Origin: Haliotis cracherodii
Taxonomy: Eukaryota
Direction of reading: 5' to 3'
Assembly (NCBI RefSeq): GCF_022045235.1
Contig: NW_027266341.1
Span: forward strand, 22,320,001-22,384,000
DNA: 64,000 nucleotides
Shown here: positions 25,045 to 36,699 of the stretch, piece by piece
Numbering within the stretch: the stretch's first letter is position 1
How the letters are laid out: each line of letters begins with the position of its first letter
Program-made: the position numbers and the translations under genes
Notes under the pieces: model-generated
What the model was told of the DNA's origin: nothing
The model's database searches: none
What the model saw: the letters and a program-made list of their open reading frames with translations, nothing else

Positions 25045-26262
25045 ATAGATTGGTCAGGCTTGGGGACGTGGTTGATGGGATGTCATCGTTGCTCCCATGA
25101 AGATCCATGTTAGAATTGGCCTTTGGCAACCCATGCTTGTCATAGGAGGCAACTAATGGAACTTGGGTGGTTAGACTCTCAGACGTGGTTGATGGCATGT
25201 CATCGTTGCCCCCATGAAGATCCATGTTAGAATTGGCCTTCAGCAACCCATACTTGTCATAAGAGGCAACTAAAAGAACTTGGGTTGTCAGACTCACAGA
25301 CGTGGTTGATGGCATGTCATCGTTGCTCCCATGAAGATCCATGTTAGAATTGGCCTTCAGCAACCCACGCTTGTGATAGGAGGCAACTAATGGAACTTGG
25401 GTGGTTAGACTCACAGACGTGGTTGATGGCATGTCATCGTTGCCCCCATGAAGATCCATGTTAGAATTAGCCTTCAGCAACCCATACTTGTCATAAGAGG
25501 CAACTAAAAGAACTTGGGTTGTCAGACTCACAGACGTGGTTGATGGTATGTCATCGTTGCTCCCATGAAGATCCATGTTAGAATTGGCCTTCAGCAACCC
25601 ATGCTTGTCATAAGAGGCAACTAACAGAACTTGGGTTGTAAGACTCACAGACGTGGTTGATGGCATGTCATCGTTGCTCCCATGAAGATCCATGTTAGAA
25701 TTGGCCTTCAGCAACCCATGCTTGTCATAAGAGGCAACTAACGGAACTTGGGTTGTCAGACTCACAGACATGGTTGATGGCATGTCATCATCGCCCCTTT
25801 GAAGATCCATGTTAGAATTGGCCTTCAGCAACCCATGCTTGTCATAAGAGGCAACTAACGGAACTTGGGTGGTCAGACTCACAGACGTGGTTGATGGCAT
25901 GTCATCGTTGCCCCCATGAAGATCCATGTTAGAATTAGCCTTCAGCAACCCATACTTGTCATAAGAGGCAACTAAAAGAACTTGGGTTGTCAGACTCACA
26001 GACGTGGTTGATGGTATGTCATCGTTGCTCCCATGAAGATCCATGTTAGAATTAGCCTTCAGCAACCCATGCTTGTCATAAGAGGCAACTAACGGAACTT
26101 GGGTTGTTAGACTCACAGATGTGGTTAATGGCATGTCATCATCGCCCCCATGAAGATCCATGTTAGAATCGGCCTTCAGCAACCCATGCTTGTCATCAGA
26201 GGCAACTTACGGAACTTGGGTTGTCAAACTCACAGACGAGGTTGATGGCATGTCATCGTTGC
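25045..26262 (+). repeat. 120-bp tandem array (~10 units) derived from the SINE C 5' half
   Basis: Unit CCATGAAGATCCATGTTAGAATTGGCCTTCAGCAACCCATGCTTGTCATAAGAGGCAACTAACGGAACTTGGGTTGTCAGACTC..GGCATGTCATCG matches C positions ~1-140 without the 22-bp duplication. Confidence 0.93.
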
Positions 26263-26274
26263 AAAAATGTGTGA

Positions 26275-26385
26275 CCAGAGCTCATTCTACAAAGCAAGCT
26301 TAGTGTTCAGACAAATTGAACTCCCATACTGTAACATAGACTTACAATCATAGTACTAAGATTGCTTTGTGGATCAGGGCCCTGG
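26275..26385. mobile_element. Short palindromic MITE family H, diverged
   Basis: CCAGAGC..ACAAAGCAAGCTTAG / CTAAGATTGCTTTGT..GCCCTGG; homologous to 26633 and 31995. Confidence 0.7.
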
Positions 26386-26632
26386 TTTGGGGTCTATCAG
26401 TGGGCAATAGAATGAGCATCAACTCAGGCCTGGGGTTTAATAATACACTAAGTCATCCAGATCATAAGTTCATAGTCTCTATGTTCTTGCTTCTTACAAA
26501 AGGCAGTGTAAGGGATATCCCATTCTACTTCCATTTTCCGACAGATTCCTTAAAAATTAGCCTTCTTTGTTTGTAATTCTTAGGGCTGACCAAATGATAT
26601 CCTGGGGACCTTGGAGTTTTAAAAAATGATCT

Positions 26633-26741
26633 AGGCCCACTTGCACAAAGTGATCTTAGCGCTAAGACTATCTTAAGTCTTTGTTAGAGCATGGGAGTTA
26701 CGATCATTGTATCGCTAAGATTGCTTTGTGCAAGTGGCCCC
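26633..26741. mobile_element. Short palindromic MITE family H (possibly PIF/Harbinger-like)
   Basis: Perfect 14-bp IR CCACTTGCACAAAG / CTTTGTGCAAGTGG; internal TCTTAGCGCTAAGA palindrome. Confidence 0.8.
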
Positions 26742-27036
26742 TGTCCTTTGAAAATGCTTGAGAAACGAATTATCCTCAGGTTATATGACAACAAAACATC
26801 CTTCACAACATGTACTTGATTTTCTGTAAAATATTGCCTTGACCATATGTTCCCATGTTCCTTTTGCACAAACACCTGTATCATCACTATTTGATCAGGA
26901 TTTGTAAACACATGCTCATGCTATAGTCAGACTTGTACAATCATCTTTGCCTTTAACAAAGATTTTGTATGATTATAAAAAGGGTTTTGTCACTTTTATT
27001 GAAGTGCTGACTGAAAACATATTCTGTCTCAAACAA

Positions 27037-27310
27037 GACCCGAGAAGATCCGGGGTAGTATAGGTCTGCAGCAACCCATGCTTGCTGTAAAAGGCGACTA
27101 TGATTGTCTTAAGAGGCGACTAAAGGGATCAGGTGGTCGGGCTCACTGAATTGGTTGATGCATGCCATCAATCTCAATTGCGTGGATCAATCCTCATGAT
27201 GTCAATCACTGGATTGTCTGGTCCAGACTCCATTATTTACAGACCGCCATCATATAGTTGGAATATTGCTGAGCGCGGCGTTAAACAACAAACAACAAAA
27301 AAACAAACAG
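27037..27310 (+). mobile_element. SINE family C, full length, no tRNA head
   Basis: Starts GACCCGAGAAGATCCGGGG immediately after TSD CTGTCTCAAACAA (27024-27036; 27311-27323). Confidence 0.93.
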
Positions 27311-27523
27311 CTGTCTCAAACAAAAATCTCAGCCTCCCTCCTCACACCCTAATCCTTAACCAATATAATTTCAGATCCAAATTCACAAATGATGTCTAAC
27401 AGTTATTTTGGAAACTTTCAAATTAAAGTTTTGAAATGCCATCCAATTTGAGCACAAAAATAATTTCCTATTGTTCGAAACACTTATCATTCACCCCTTG
27501 AATACATGAGCTGAGGGTGCTTG

Positions 27524-28390
27524 TGTATGTATAGATGAAGTGTATGTATTGATGAAGTGTATGTATAGATGAAGCGTTTGTATAGATGAAGTGTATGTAT
27601 AGATGAAGTGTATGTATAGATGAAGTGTATGTATTGATGAAGTGTATGTATATATGAAGTGTATGTATTGATGAAGTGTATGTATATATGAAGTGTATGT
27701 ATAGATGAAGTGTATATATAGATGAAGTGTATGTATAGATGAAGTGTATGTATAGATGAAGTGTATGTATAGATGAAGTGTATGTATTGATGAAGTGTAT
27801 GTATATATGAAGTGTATGTATAAATGAAGTGTATATATAGATGAAGTGTATGTATAGATGAAGTGTATGTATAGATGAAGTGTATGTATATATGAAGTGT
27901 ATGTATAGATGAAGTGTATGTATAAATGAAGTGTATATATAGATGAAGTGTATGTATAGATTAAGTGTATGTATAGATGAAGTGTATATATAGATGAAGT
28001 GTATGTATTGATGAAGTGTATGTATTGATGAAGTGTATATATAGATGAAGTGTATGTATAGATGAAGTGTATATATAGATGAAGTGTATGTATATATGAA
28101 GTGTATGTATAGATGAAGTGTATGTATAGATGAAGTGTATGTATAGATGAGGAGTATGTATAGATGAAGTGTATGTATAGATGAAGTGTATGTATAGATG
28201 AGGTGTATGTATAGATGAAATGTATGTATAAATGAAGTGTATATATAGATGAAGTGTATGTATAGATTAAGTGTATGTATAGATGAAGCATATGTATAGA
28301 TGAAGCGTATGTATAGATGAAGCGTATGTATAGATGAAGTGTATATATAGATGAAGTGTATGTATAGATGAAGTGTATGTATTGATGAAG
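27524..28390. repeat. 17-bp minisatellite (ATAGATGAAGTGTATGT), ~50 units
   Basis: GATGAAG at 27551, 27568 and onward. Confidence 0.97.
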
Positions 28391-28821
28391 CGATTGTTCA
28401 TGGGTATATGTCATGGTTGATGTTGCGGGACTGTTCACTGGTATTTGTTGAAATATTGTCTGCAATGATAGGAAGTCAATCATCATCAAGTTGAAATATA
28501 GCTTCCTTGGCTATTTATTGACAAAGCTCATTAACAGTCATCAGAATCTCTTTGTCAGATTTCAATATTTCATGTCTCAGGAATTCAGTCATTTGGCCAA
28601 CACCAAATGATTTATCGTCTTGGTGTAGACATAACAGTTTTTCTGAAGCAACTTGACATTTCCAACAGTGAGATACAGCAAGGTTGACCTTTCTTCTGTC
28701 AGAGACTGGAGTGTAACTAGCTGTTAAAAAGTCTCGGTTGATATGTTTCATGTTTGTTTAAATGTTGTTGATTTAAACGCAAGAATTTTACTGTTCAAAC
28801 TGTGATATATTGTTTTCAGAA

Positions 28822-28914
28822 AATAACTTCTTTCATCATCACTTGCTTGATAACGATGTTAGAACCTACATCGAAACGTCGCTCTTAATTGTAATAAAGA
28901 AATTGTTCATCCAT
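28822..28914 (+). mobile_element. Penelope-like terminal repeat relic with degenerate hammerhead core
   Basis: GC-TTGATAA-C-GATGT-loop-ACATC-GAAAC-GTC-GC; flanks AACTTCTT and TTGTTCATCCAT resemble those at 51680 and 51755. Confidence 0.55.
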
Positions 28915-30049
28915 GTATGTTCATCCAAGTATGTACAAAAAGGATTCTTTGTACAATAATAATATGTCCATTTTCTGGCGTATGTTTTTCATTAAAAGGG
29001 CTTATTTACATGTATAGAAATACCATTCTTATAAATATTGGTGATATATCTGTTTGTGAAATGTATTGACTTATTCATCTATTGGTGCTGTAAATAATGA
29101 TATTGACTTCAAATGGCTAATAGATTTTAATAACAATCATTTGAATGGGACAAGACCTCGCTACTATATCTTAGTTCTAGCCCGTATACATGCCACAACG
29201 ATCAAAAGGCTTTGAAATAATGGCTTCAAAATCCATCACAATTTTTTTCTTAATCAAAAGATTTAATTTAATCCCCATAGAAACATGTTAGCCTTAAGGA
29301 TGTGCAATTTGGTTTTTATTGAAAAATATTGAAAATTGAAAATTATTGTATTTTTCTTAAAACATGAACCCTACATGTCATGAATATTATTTACGAAACA
29401 GGTAGCTCAATCTTTGACTTTAATAGGTAGTTTTCCCCAAACAATGCTTTTATTTGAACATTACTTCAGATTATATTTGTTGTATATTGATTTTCATGCT
29501 TTAGAATCTAATTGAATCTGATCTAATCTAGCTTGAGAGTTCTGTTGTGTGAATGCAAGAACATTGTCTCATCAAATATACAGTTTTTAAAGTTTTGAGA
29601 ATAAGACATTAATTTGATTTGAAAAGTGGCACTCTTAACATCAAAGTGCACCAAAATATCCCACTTAATGGAAGTTATCGAATTGAGCGTGGACTGTATA
29701 ACCTTTATCTCACTCCATGTTTAAAGTTCTCGAAGGTGACAGGGTATGAAATGTACGTGTCTCATCAAAACGGACATGGCCGCCAACAGCCTTTCAAAAT
29801 ATGATCAAATTTTGACAGTTAGTAATTCTGACCCATTATCTCCTCAAATGGCGATATGACACTTTTGTTCTTCAAAGTCTGTCACGATTTTTATCAAGGT
29901 GGGATCTACCCTTGCACAGCATGTGCTTAATCCATGTTCAAAAGTTCATTGTATTGCCTATTCAGTATGGTTAAGTGACTAGCCTGTGCTAAATACATAG
30001 TGGTCAGTAACCAACTGGCATGAAATATGCATGACTTTTGTAATTGGAC

Positions 30050-30200
30050 AATGGGCTAAAAAGGGAAAAACTATTTTGAATAATAAATCACTTGAGATTA
30101 ACAAGAGTATTCCAGGAATGTGTGTTGACACACTGACCAACTTGACAGTTAAGTGGACCAGGTTTTGGCCCATCTCTATTGCAACCATCTCATGACAAGG
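30050..30200 (-). pseudogene. Possible decayed DIRS/Ngaro-type RNase H fragment
   Basis: LVHLTVKLVSVSTHIPGILLLISSDLL resembles the HIPGxxNxxADxLSR motif; similarity judged by eye only. Confidence 0.3.
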
Positions 30201-30444
30201 CACTGAGATTGAACATTGCGCTGTGAGTGAGTGAATGTTGTTTGATGCCTCAGTACTTCGGCTATGTCAAGGTGAATTGGAAATAGTCAAGTTAAGACCT
30301 CAGGGTTACAAACATACAGAGATCCTAGCGACAGGTGGACAAACACATGAACCACCTGGCTCCAGAGACAGACAATTTCAATGCCAATGGCCTGTTCTCA
30401 AAGATGCTTTTACAACAGTTCAAACACAGCGACAAGCGACAGGA

Positions 30445-30976
30445 CACCTTCCTGAGGCAAGGGAGTTAACTGACTATAAAAGTCCAGTTTCCACCCTTGC
30501 CGAACTAGGCTGGTATTATGGAGATACATTTTGGCTGGACTAACGAGACTATGCATAGTCCAATCAAAATCGCGCACCGAAATCGAATTCCGGTTCGTAA
30601 ACTGTCGTGCAGATTTCGGTCAATTGCAGGATTTGCAAAGCATGTGCACCGCTAACTCGTTGTCAACAGATATTTTAAAAATCTTTTCATGATTTTAATC
30701 AAGGTGCTAACGTGTTTTGATGCACTTCGCGATGTAAGACTCGTCGTTTTATCACAATATATAGATCTTGATTATCAATCAGATCGTCTTGACTGGGCAT
30801 CACCATTTTGTGTGAACCAAACACAAGTGATATGAGAGGTGGAATGTGATTGGTCCATAGGAGAGGCTTAGAGGTGACTGGTGGCGCTACGGTGGAGCCC
30901 AGTAGTTCCAGCCTAGTTCGGCAAGGGTGGATACTGGACTTTTAAAGTCAGTTAACTCTCCTGCCTCAGGAAGATG
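30445..30976. mobile_element. MITE with ~75-bp terminal inverted repeats
   Basis: CACCTTCCTGAGGCAAGGGAGTTAACTGACTATAAAAGTCCAGTTTCCACCCTTGCCGAACTAGGCTGG mirrored at 30905-30976; CpG-rich interior; no clear TSD. Confidence 0.85.
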
Positions 30977-31442
30977 ATAGATACTAGATTCCACAATACA
31001 TATAGACAATTTGATCTTATAAAAAAGGGCGTCAAGACATTTTGGAATTCTCCAGATATTCTGACGCAGTTTGCGTCTTGAACAGAGGAGGTAGTATAGC
31101 CTTCTCCACACATTATATAGGATAATGTGGTCCAAGTATATGTCAGACAGACGATTAGGAGGGTGATAAGAAATATAGCAGTTATTTGTAGATTGATGAG
31201 ATGGTATCTCAACTTTGATAAATACGAGTAAACACCCAGGCAATAAACATTTATGTGTTGTCTCTTTTTCTTGTTCAATGATGTGATTTGTAATTGAGAT
31301 GTTCCTGGCAGTCTTAGATTACTAAGGGAGAGTGAAATAAAAGATTTGTTTGATTTAAAAAAAATATACTGCTTTGTATATTGAATTTAACATGAATACA
31401 TCTATTTTCTCATTTATCCTTCCAGAGTTAAAATGATGATGA

Positions 31443-31945
31443 GAAACCCAGTTGTCTGAAGCACTGCAATTCACTCTGCAGAACTGCATCCCTTTGGCAT
31501 GCCAGGATCCTATGTTTGGTTCTTCCTATTATGATCCTTGGTTTGTCAGCACCACACCCGAGTTCCGAGTTTGGTGCGTCAGTGGCAGAAAAGGTGTCCA
31601 GTGCATTCTCAGTTTTGGCTTGTGCCATGTCTTCTCATGATTTTTGGTGAATGGTTTACTTGCCTTTGCATGTGTTTGTGATGGTGCCACTGGTGGGGCA
31701 GGATGCACTCACCTTTTCACCTGGTTTCATCACTATTTGAAAGAGATTCATAAACATATGCTCATGATATAGTCAGAAACATACATTGGACTCTACTTTT
31801 AGCAAAGATTTCTTGCAATTGTGGAAATGTTTTTTTTGTTGCTTTTATTTCACTGAAGTGGTAAACATCTGAGACTTTCATCAGTTCAGGTTCTTCTTCC
31901 CCATCAAGCAATAATGTTTAAACCCGTGTTAAACCAACTCACACC
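31443..31945 (+). mobile_element. Old SINE B copy split by a family E insertion (~31562-31845)
   Basis: B 5' part ends TTTGTCAGCACCACACCCG; B resumes TTTCACTGAAGTGGTAAACATCTGAGAC..TTAAACCAACTCAC. Confidence 0.7.
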
Positions 31946-31994
31946 TATAGTGCTCTATGTTTGGTTCCCATTGGTATAGTGGGGTAGAAGAAGT

Positions 31995-32109
31995 CCAGGG
32001 CTTCGTTCTTCAAATCGATCTTAGCGCTACAATCAACGTAAGCCTGTGTTAAAGTATGGGACTTGCGATCACTTTAGCGCTAAGATTGCTTTGAGGAACA
32101 GGTCCCTGG
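31995..32109. mobile_element. MITE family H
   Basis: CCAGGG..TCTTAGCGCTA / TAGCGCTAAGA..CCCTGG. Confidence 0.78.
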
Positions 32110-32522
32110 TGCTCTTTGCTGTAAAGAGTTTACTAATGAGGATTAGGTAGTGTGTCACCTGCCTTTGTGCTCATGCTGTCAACCACTGGTTTGCCTAACT
32201 CCAATGCGTATGGTATAGCTGTAATACTGTGAATAAAACACTGTAAATAAGCATGTGTTCAACCGTGTGCCTTCCAACACAGTAACATGAGATTTACATG
32301 GGAAAATACGCTTAAAAGATCTAATTCTTTCTCCTTACAGAAAGAATTTATCTTTAGATTATTTATTCCTACTGCAGAATAAATCAATATATTCCAATAA
32401 ATAATGGTCTTGTTTGTGCACTTCGTTGTACAATATTACCTGGAAGATTCTACAGGTATGATATCAGGTTCTTGCCAGATGATTTGTTAGTGGAGGAACT
32501 ATCAGTGGTTTCTTCATCTGAG

Positions 32523-32757
32523 CGGCTCCATGGTCTCATGGATAAAGCATCTGCCTGGAGAGCAGAAGGTCGGTGGTTGGACCATACCAAGAGATTTCAA
32601 AATATGGTACTTGTTGTTACCCTGTCTGGCACTTGGCATTAAGGGGCTAAAACAAGGACTTGTTGGTTTGGAGTCAGCATAACTGTGTGTGAGTGGGGTA
32701 TTAATTTTATTTAAGTGCAATAATCTTGGATGCAATGTTAAACCCCATTACACCTCG
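32523..32757 (+). mobile_element. SINE family D, diverged
   Basis: GCATCTGCCTGGAGAGCAGAAGGTC head; CATACCAAGAGATTTCAAAATATGGTACTTG; tail AATAATCTTGGATGCAATGTTAAACCCCATT. Confidence 0.8.
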
Positions 32758-34544
32758 TATGCTACTATATGACTGGACCAACTGAATATCTTGTGTGGAT
32801 TTTCTTTGTGAATATGCAAAAGGGGGAGAAATAACAAAATTTAATATATTGTCGAGTTGGCTTTAAAAAGTCCTGAAATATGAGTTTCACTAAAAGACAA
32901 ACAGAAAGATGTAAAATATGTTCATTTCTGACACGAGATGTTAGTCTTGGTTTAGACCCAAATTTGATCATTTGTGTTTTCAAAACATTTCTTGCAAAAG
33001 TATTTTCTTTATATTATATGCCCATCAATAAAAGTTTTATGTTATTTGATGAAAGGTGTTATGGTAGGTGTATACAAGTATGGCTGTCACATGTCATCAT
33101 CTAAAAAATTAAACTATGGTAATAAACATTTGAAGACTTTTAACTAAATATTTCCTTCCTGGTGTGTGACCTGCAAACCTCAAAAAAATGTTAACCCTAG
33201 AATTATGTTCTTGAAACTACAAACCCTATATAGTAATATAAGGGGTGAACTCTATTGTAGATCTTGAGAATACAATCTCTATAGCAGTGTCATATTTCAA
33301 ATACAATTCAAAATTGACTTCAAATGATTGTCACCCTTTACCCAAAATGGAACAGCCAGACTCCTTGGGAGTCCATCCCAGGACAATATGGACAATACTG
33401 ACCGGCTTCTCTGACAGGTAGGGTGCAGTCTGTCGACTATTGTCTGGTCAAGTGTCTTAATGAGGTTCCAGACAAAAGACTGACCAATGTCCACTCTGGG
33501 GTCTCGTCCAGCCTTATTTTTACTCACAGGGGGTAGCAATGACAATTTTGGCTATTGTGTGCTTTAAACCTAAAGAATTTTTTCCAAGTGAATTTTTTTA
33601 TATTTCTTAACATATTTATCATCAAAGGAAGAAAAAATGCACTCAAATGAACAATGCTTCTCATATGCCAGCTAGCTCTTTATTGATAGTTTTAAGGAAT
33701 AGTTTCCTGTATAATTGCTGAATTGTTGGTTAAGCTGAAAGAATAACATTTGGGCTAAATCCAAGGTCAAACAACAATGGAGTGTCTGGAGAAATGTCTT
33801 TCTTCTATAAAAACTATCATTTTCCTTAACCAAGGGGACATTTATTGGTGAACATGGCTTGTTGGGGCACATCACAATACCTTCCCATGGGTCAGCTTCT
33901 TCCTAATACAAACATCTTTGTCACGCGGAGAATGACAGGTTAATACAAATATTTTCTTTATTTCATTCCTTTCTATAAAAGTACAGTGCATGCATTGCGG
34001 TACGTTTCAGCATCATTTATACATGCACGGCCAGTTCTAAATAATGCCAAAGCCTTGGTGTATTCATGAATATAATCTGTCACTAAAAGGAAATAAAATG
34101 GCAAGAACCTATGCTGAGACATTAGTAATTTGTGACAATTTTCTGTATTTTGTGACTGAAGCTTTATGCATAGATTGGATGTGTTGATGTAAGAGGAAGA
34201 TTTATGTTGAGATGTAGCTGTTCTAGACATGAATCGTTACTACAAATTTAAACAGAAAGTTTTTGTTCCATTAATGTACCATAATTTTTTATATGATGAT
34301 TATGGTGGTGGTGATGATTATGAAAAGGATTGGGATGATGTTGATGATGATTTTGAAAAGGATTGGGATGAAAATAATGATGATGATAGCATGAAGGAAG
34401 GGATACAATGATAAGGTGATAATACTCATGGTGGGTATGATAAAAGCAATCTTATGATGATATTGAGGATGATAATGATGACATTTATGATGGCATTGGG
34501 AACGATAACAAAAGGGGGGATAGTTCATGTTATGCAACAATGGC

Positions 34545-34940
34545 GATGACAAAAGTGAGGATATGTGAAGTTATACGATGGTGATGACAAAAGTGAGGAG
34601 ATATGAACTTATACAATGGCGATGACAAAAGTGAGGAGATATGAAGTTATACAATGGTGATGACAAAAGTGAGGAGATATGAAGTTATACAATGGTGATG
34701 ACAAAAGTGAGGAGATATGAAGTTATACAATGGTGATAACAAAAGTGAGGAGATATGAAGTTATACAATGGTGATGACAAAAGTGAGGAGATGTGAAGGT
34801 ATACAATGGTGATGACAAAAGTGAGGAGATATGAAGCTATACAATGGTGATGACAAAAGTGAGGAGATATGAAGTTATACAACATTGGTGATGACAAAAG
34901 TGAGGAGATATGAAGTTATACAACATTGGTGATGACAAAA
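34545..34940. repeat. 38-bp minisatellite (GATGACAAAAGTGAGGAGATATGAAGTTATACAATGGT), ~10 units
   Basis: GATGAC at 34621, 34659 and onward; sits in a decayed (GAT)n region starting ~34290. Confidence 0.92.
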
Positions 34941-35167
34941 TGGAAGATGTGTTAATTATGTTATGTAACAAAGATGATGACACAACAGAAACATAACAAT
35001 AGAACAATGATGATGATAGTTGGTAGATTATATGATGCTGTGATGATGCTGCTGCTACTGATAAGGAAGAGTTGACACTGATTGATTTAAGCAACAATGA
35101 TGATTAATGGGAAAAGATACAGTGTTATGATGGCAATAATGAAAATTAGGGGAAGATGTTCTTTACC

Positions 35168-35258
35168 GGATGATGATGATGATGACAATGATGACAATGA
35201 TGACAATGATGATGTTCTCATCATTGACATCATCCCCATCATCACCACCATTATCATC

Positions 35259-35290
<32 letters not shown>

Positions 35291-35349
35291 ATTAAATCAA
35301 CATCATTGTCATGTCGTCCTCATCATCATCATCATCATCACAACATTAC

Positions 35350-35399
<50 letters not shown>

Positions 35400-35432
35400 C
35401 ATCAATAACAATGATGATGATCTCATCATTGA

Positions 35433-35466
<34 letters not shown>

Positions 35467-35545
35467 TACATCAACAATGACAGTGACAATGATGATGATG
35501 ATGAGGACGACATGACAATGATGTTGATTTAATATAACAATGATG
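35168..35545. repeat. Alternating (GAT)n/(CAT)n microsatellite with a perfect 47-bp inverted repeat
   Basis: 35289-35335 is the reverse complement of 35489-35535. Confidence 0.9.
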
Positions 35546-36221
35546 ATATCATGTAAAGTAAAATCATTACAATAATTCAATGTTTTACACTTGTGACCAA
35601 ATCCATCTGAAATACATCTATCACCCTGCATGTCAGCCAACACCTGTTAGGATCTAGTCTCAACTCAATCTATAACTCCCTCATGTAATAAACAGATGCT
35701 CAACAAATACTGAGCAGTATGCATTTGTCCTCCCAAGCAAATAATGAAAGCTACTCATATGTGATTTTCATTTCAAAGCATTTTTGCTTTATGTTTGCAT
35801 CATTAGGTTATTTACTGTGTAATTTATACAGTAACAATGGAATAATGACACAGAAAACGTGTTCTCAGGCAGATATAATTATATCTGAACATTTAGTTGC
35901 AACTAATTGCATACAAGTGTGGTATGTTAAATACTCGCCAGCGAAGTATACATTTTTGCACTTACACGCATCATTCGTATATTTGAGGATTGTACAGGGC
36001 AAATATTTGCACATTAGATTCATTAGAGCGTCAGTAAGTACAAATCCATATGATCCTGTTACAGATCCCCCAATTAAGAAATCATGCATGTGGGGGCTGG
36101 TACCAATACTAACAGACTGTGATTATACAATGTGAAGCTTCTTTGGACGTGAGAGATCAGATGTGAGTGCGTCGATCGTGTCTGTCTGTGTCATCCCTGT
36201 CTGTTTGTCCACCTGCCGCAG

Positions 36222-36324
36222 GTGGTCAGCACGGAGGTGTTGACATGGGCTGGACACATACCTGGGGTGTTCTATTCATGTTCACATACCCTGCCACGCC
36301 CATTGCCACACCCACTGAGCGTCG
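36222..36324 (+). CDS. Candidate spliced exon (103 nt), possibly containing a start codon: MGWTHTWGVLFMFTYPATPIATPTER
   Basis: Pyrimidine-rich acceptor TCCCTGTCTGTTTGTCCACCTGCCGCAG; donor CG|GTAAGA; GC-rich non-repetitive island; GACATGG Kozak-like context; product not recognised. Confidence 0.45.
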
Positions 36325-36699
36325 GTAAGATCTCCTGACCCTTATGTCACAAGAGGTGGAGTGTGGTCAACTGTGTGGGAGTGCAAAGCTCTCTAATTCT
36401 CACTCTAGGCCCTTTACGCCCAGGGAGTTTGAAGCACTCAGCCACCCTTGCTTACGTTCAGTGTGGCAGGGGTTATAACATACTGGTCGGCGTTCAGAGT
36501 TTTGATGCTGTTTTAAAACATCACAAATTGGTTGATCAATTTTAGTTTGGAATCACAACACTGATGAATACAAAATTGATTTGAAATTAAATAAACCAAT
36601 TTTTTTTTATTCAGCGAACAAAGATTATATGCTAGTCAATGACACAATATGAAATTTTGCCAAGTGTTTGTTCAATAGGTAGTTAACTACAGTATGATA

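Noticed and set aside
27491-28489. 332-aa His/Tyr/Ile-rich ORF
   Set aside because: Read-through of a 17-bp minisatellite that lacks stops on the minus strand
35087-35643. Poly-Asp/His/Ile/Met ORFs as acidic biomineral proteins
   Set aside because: Direct products of (GAT)n/(CAT)n microsatellites
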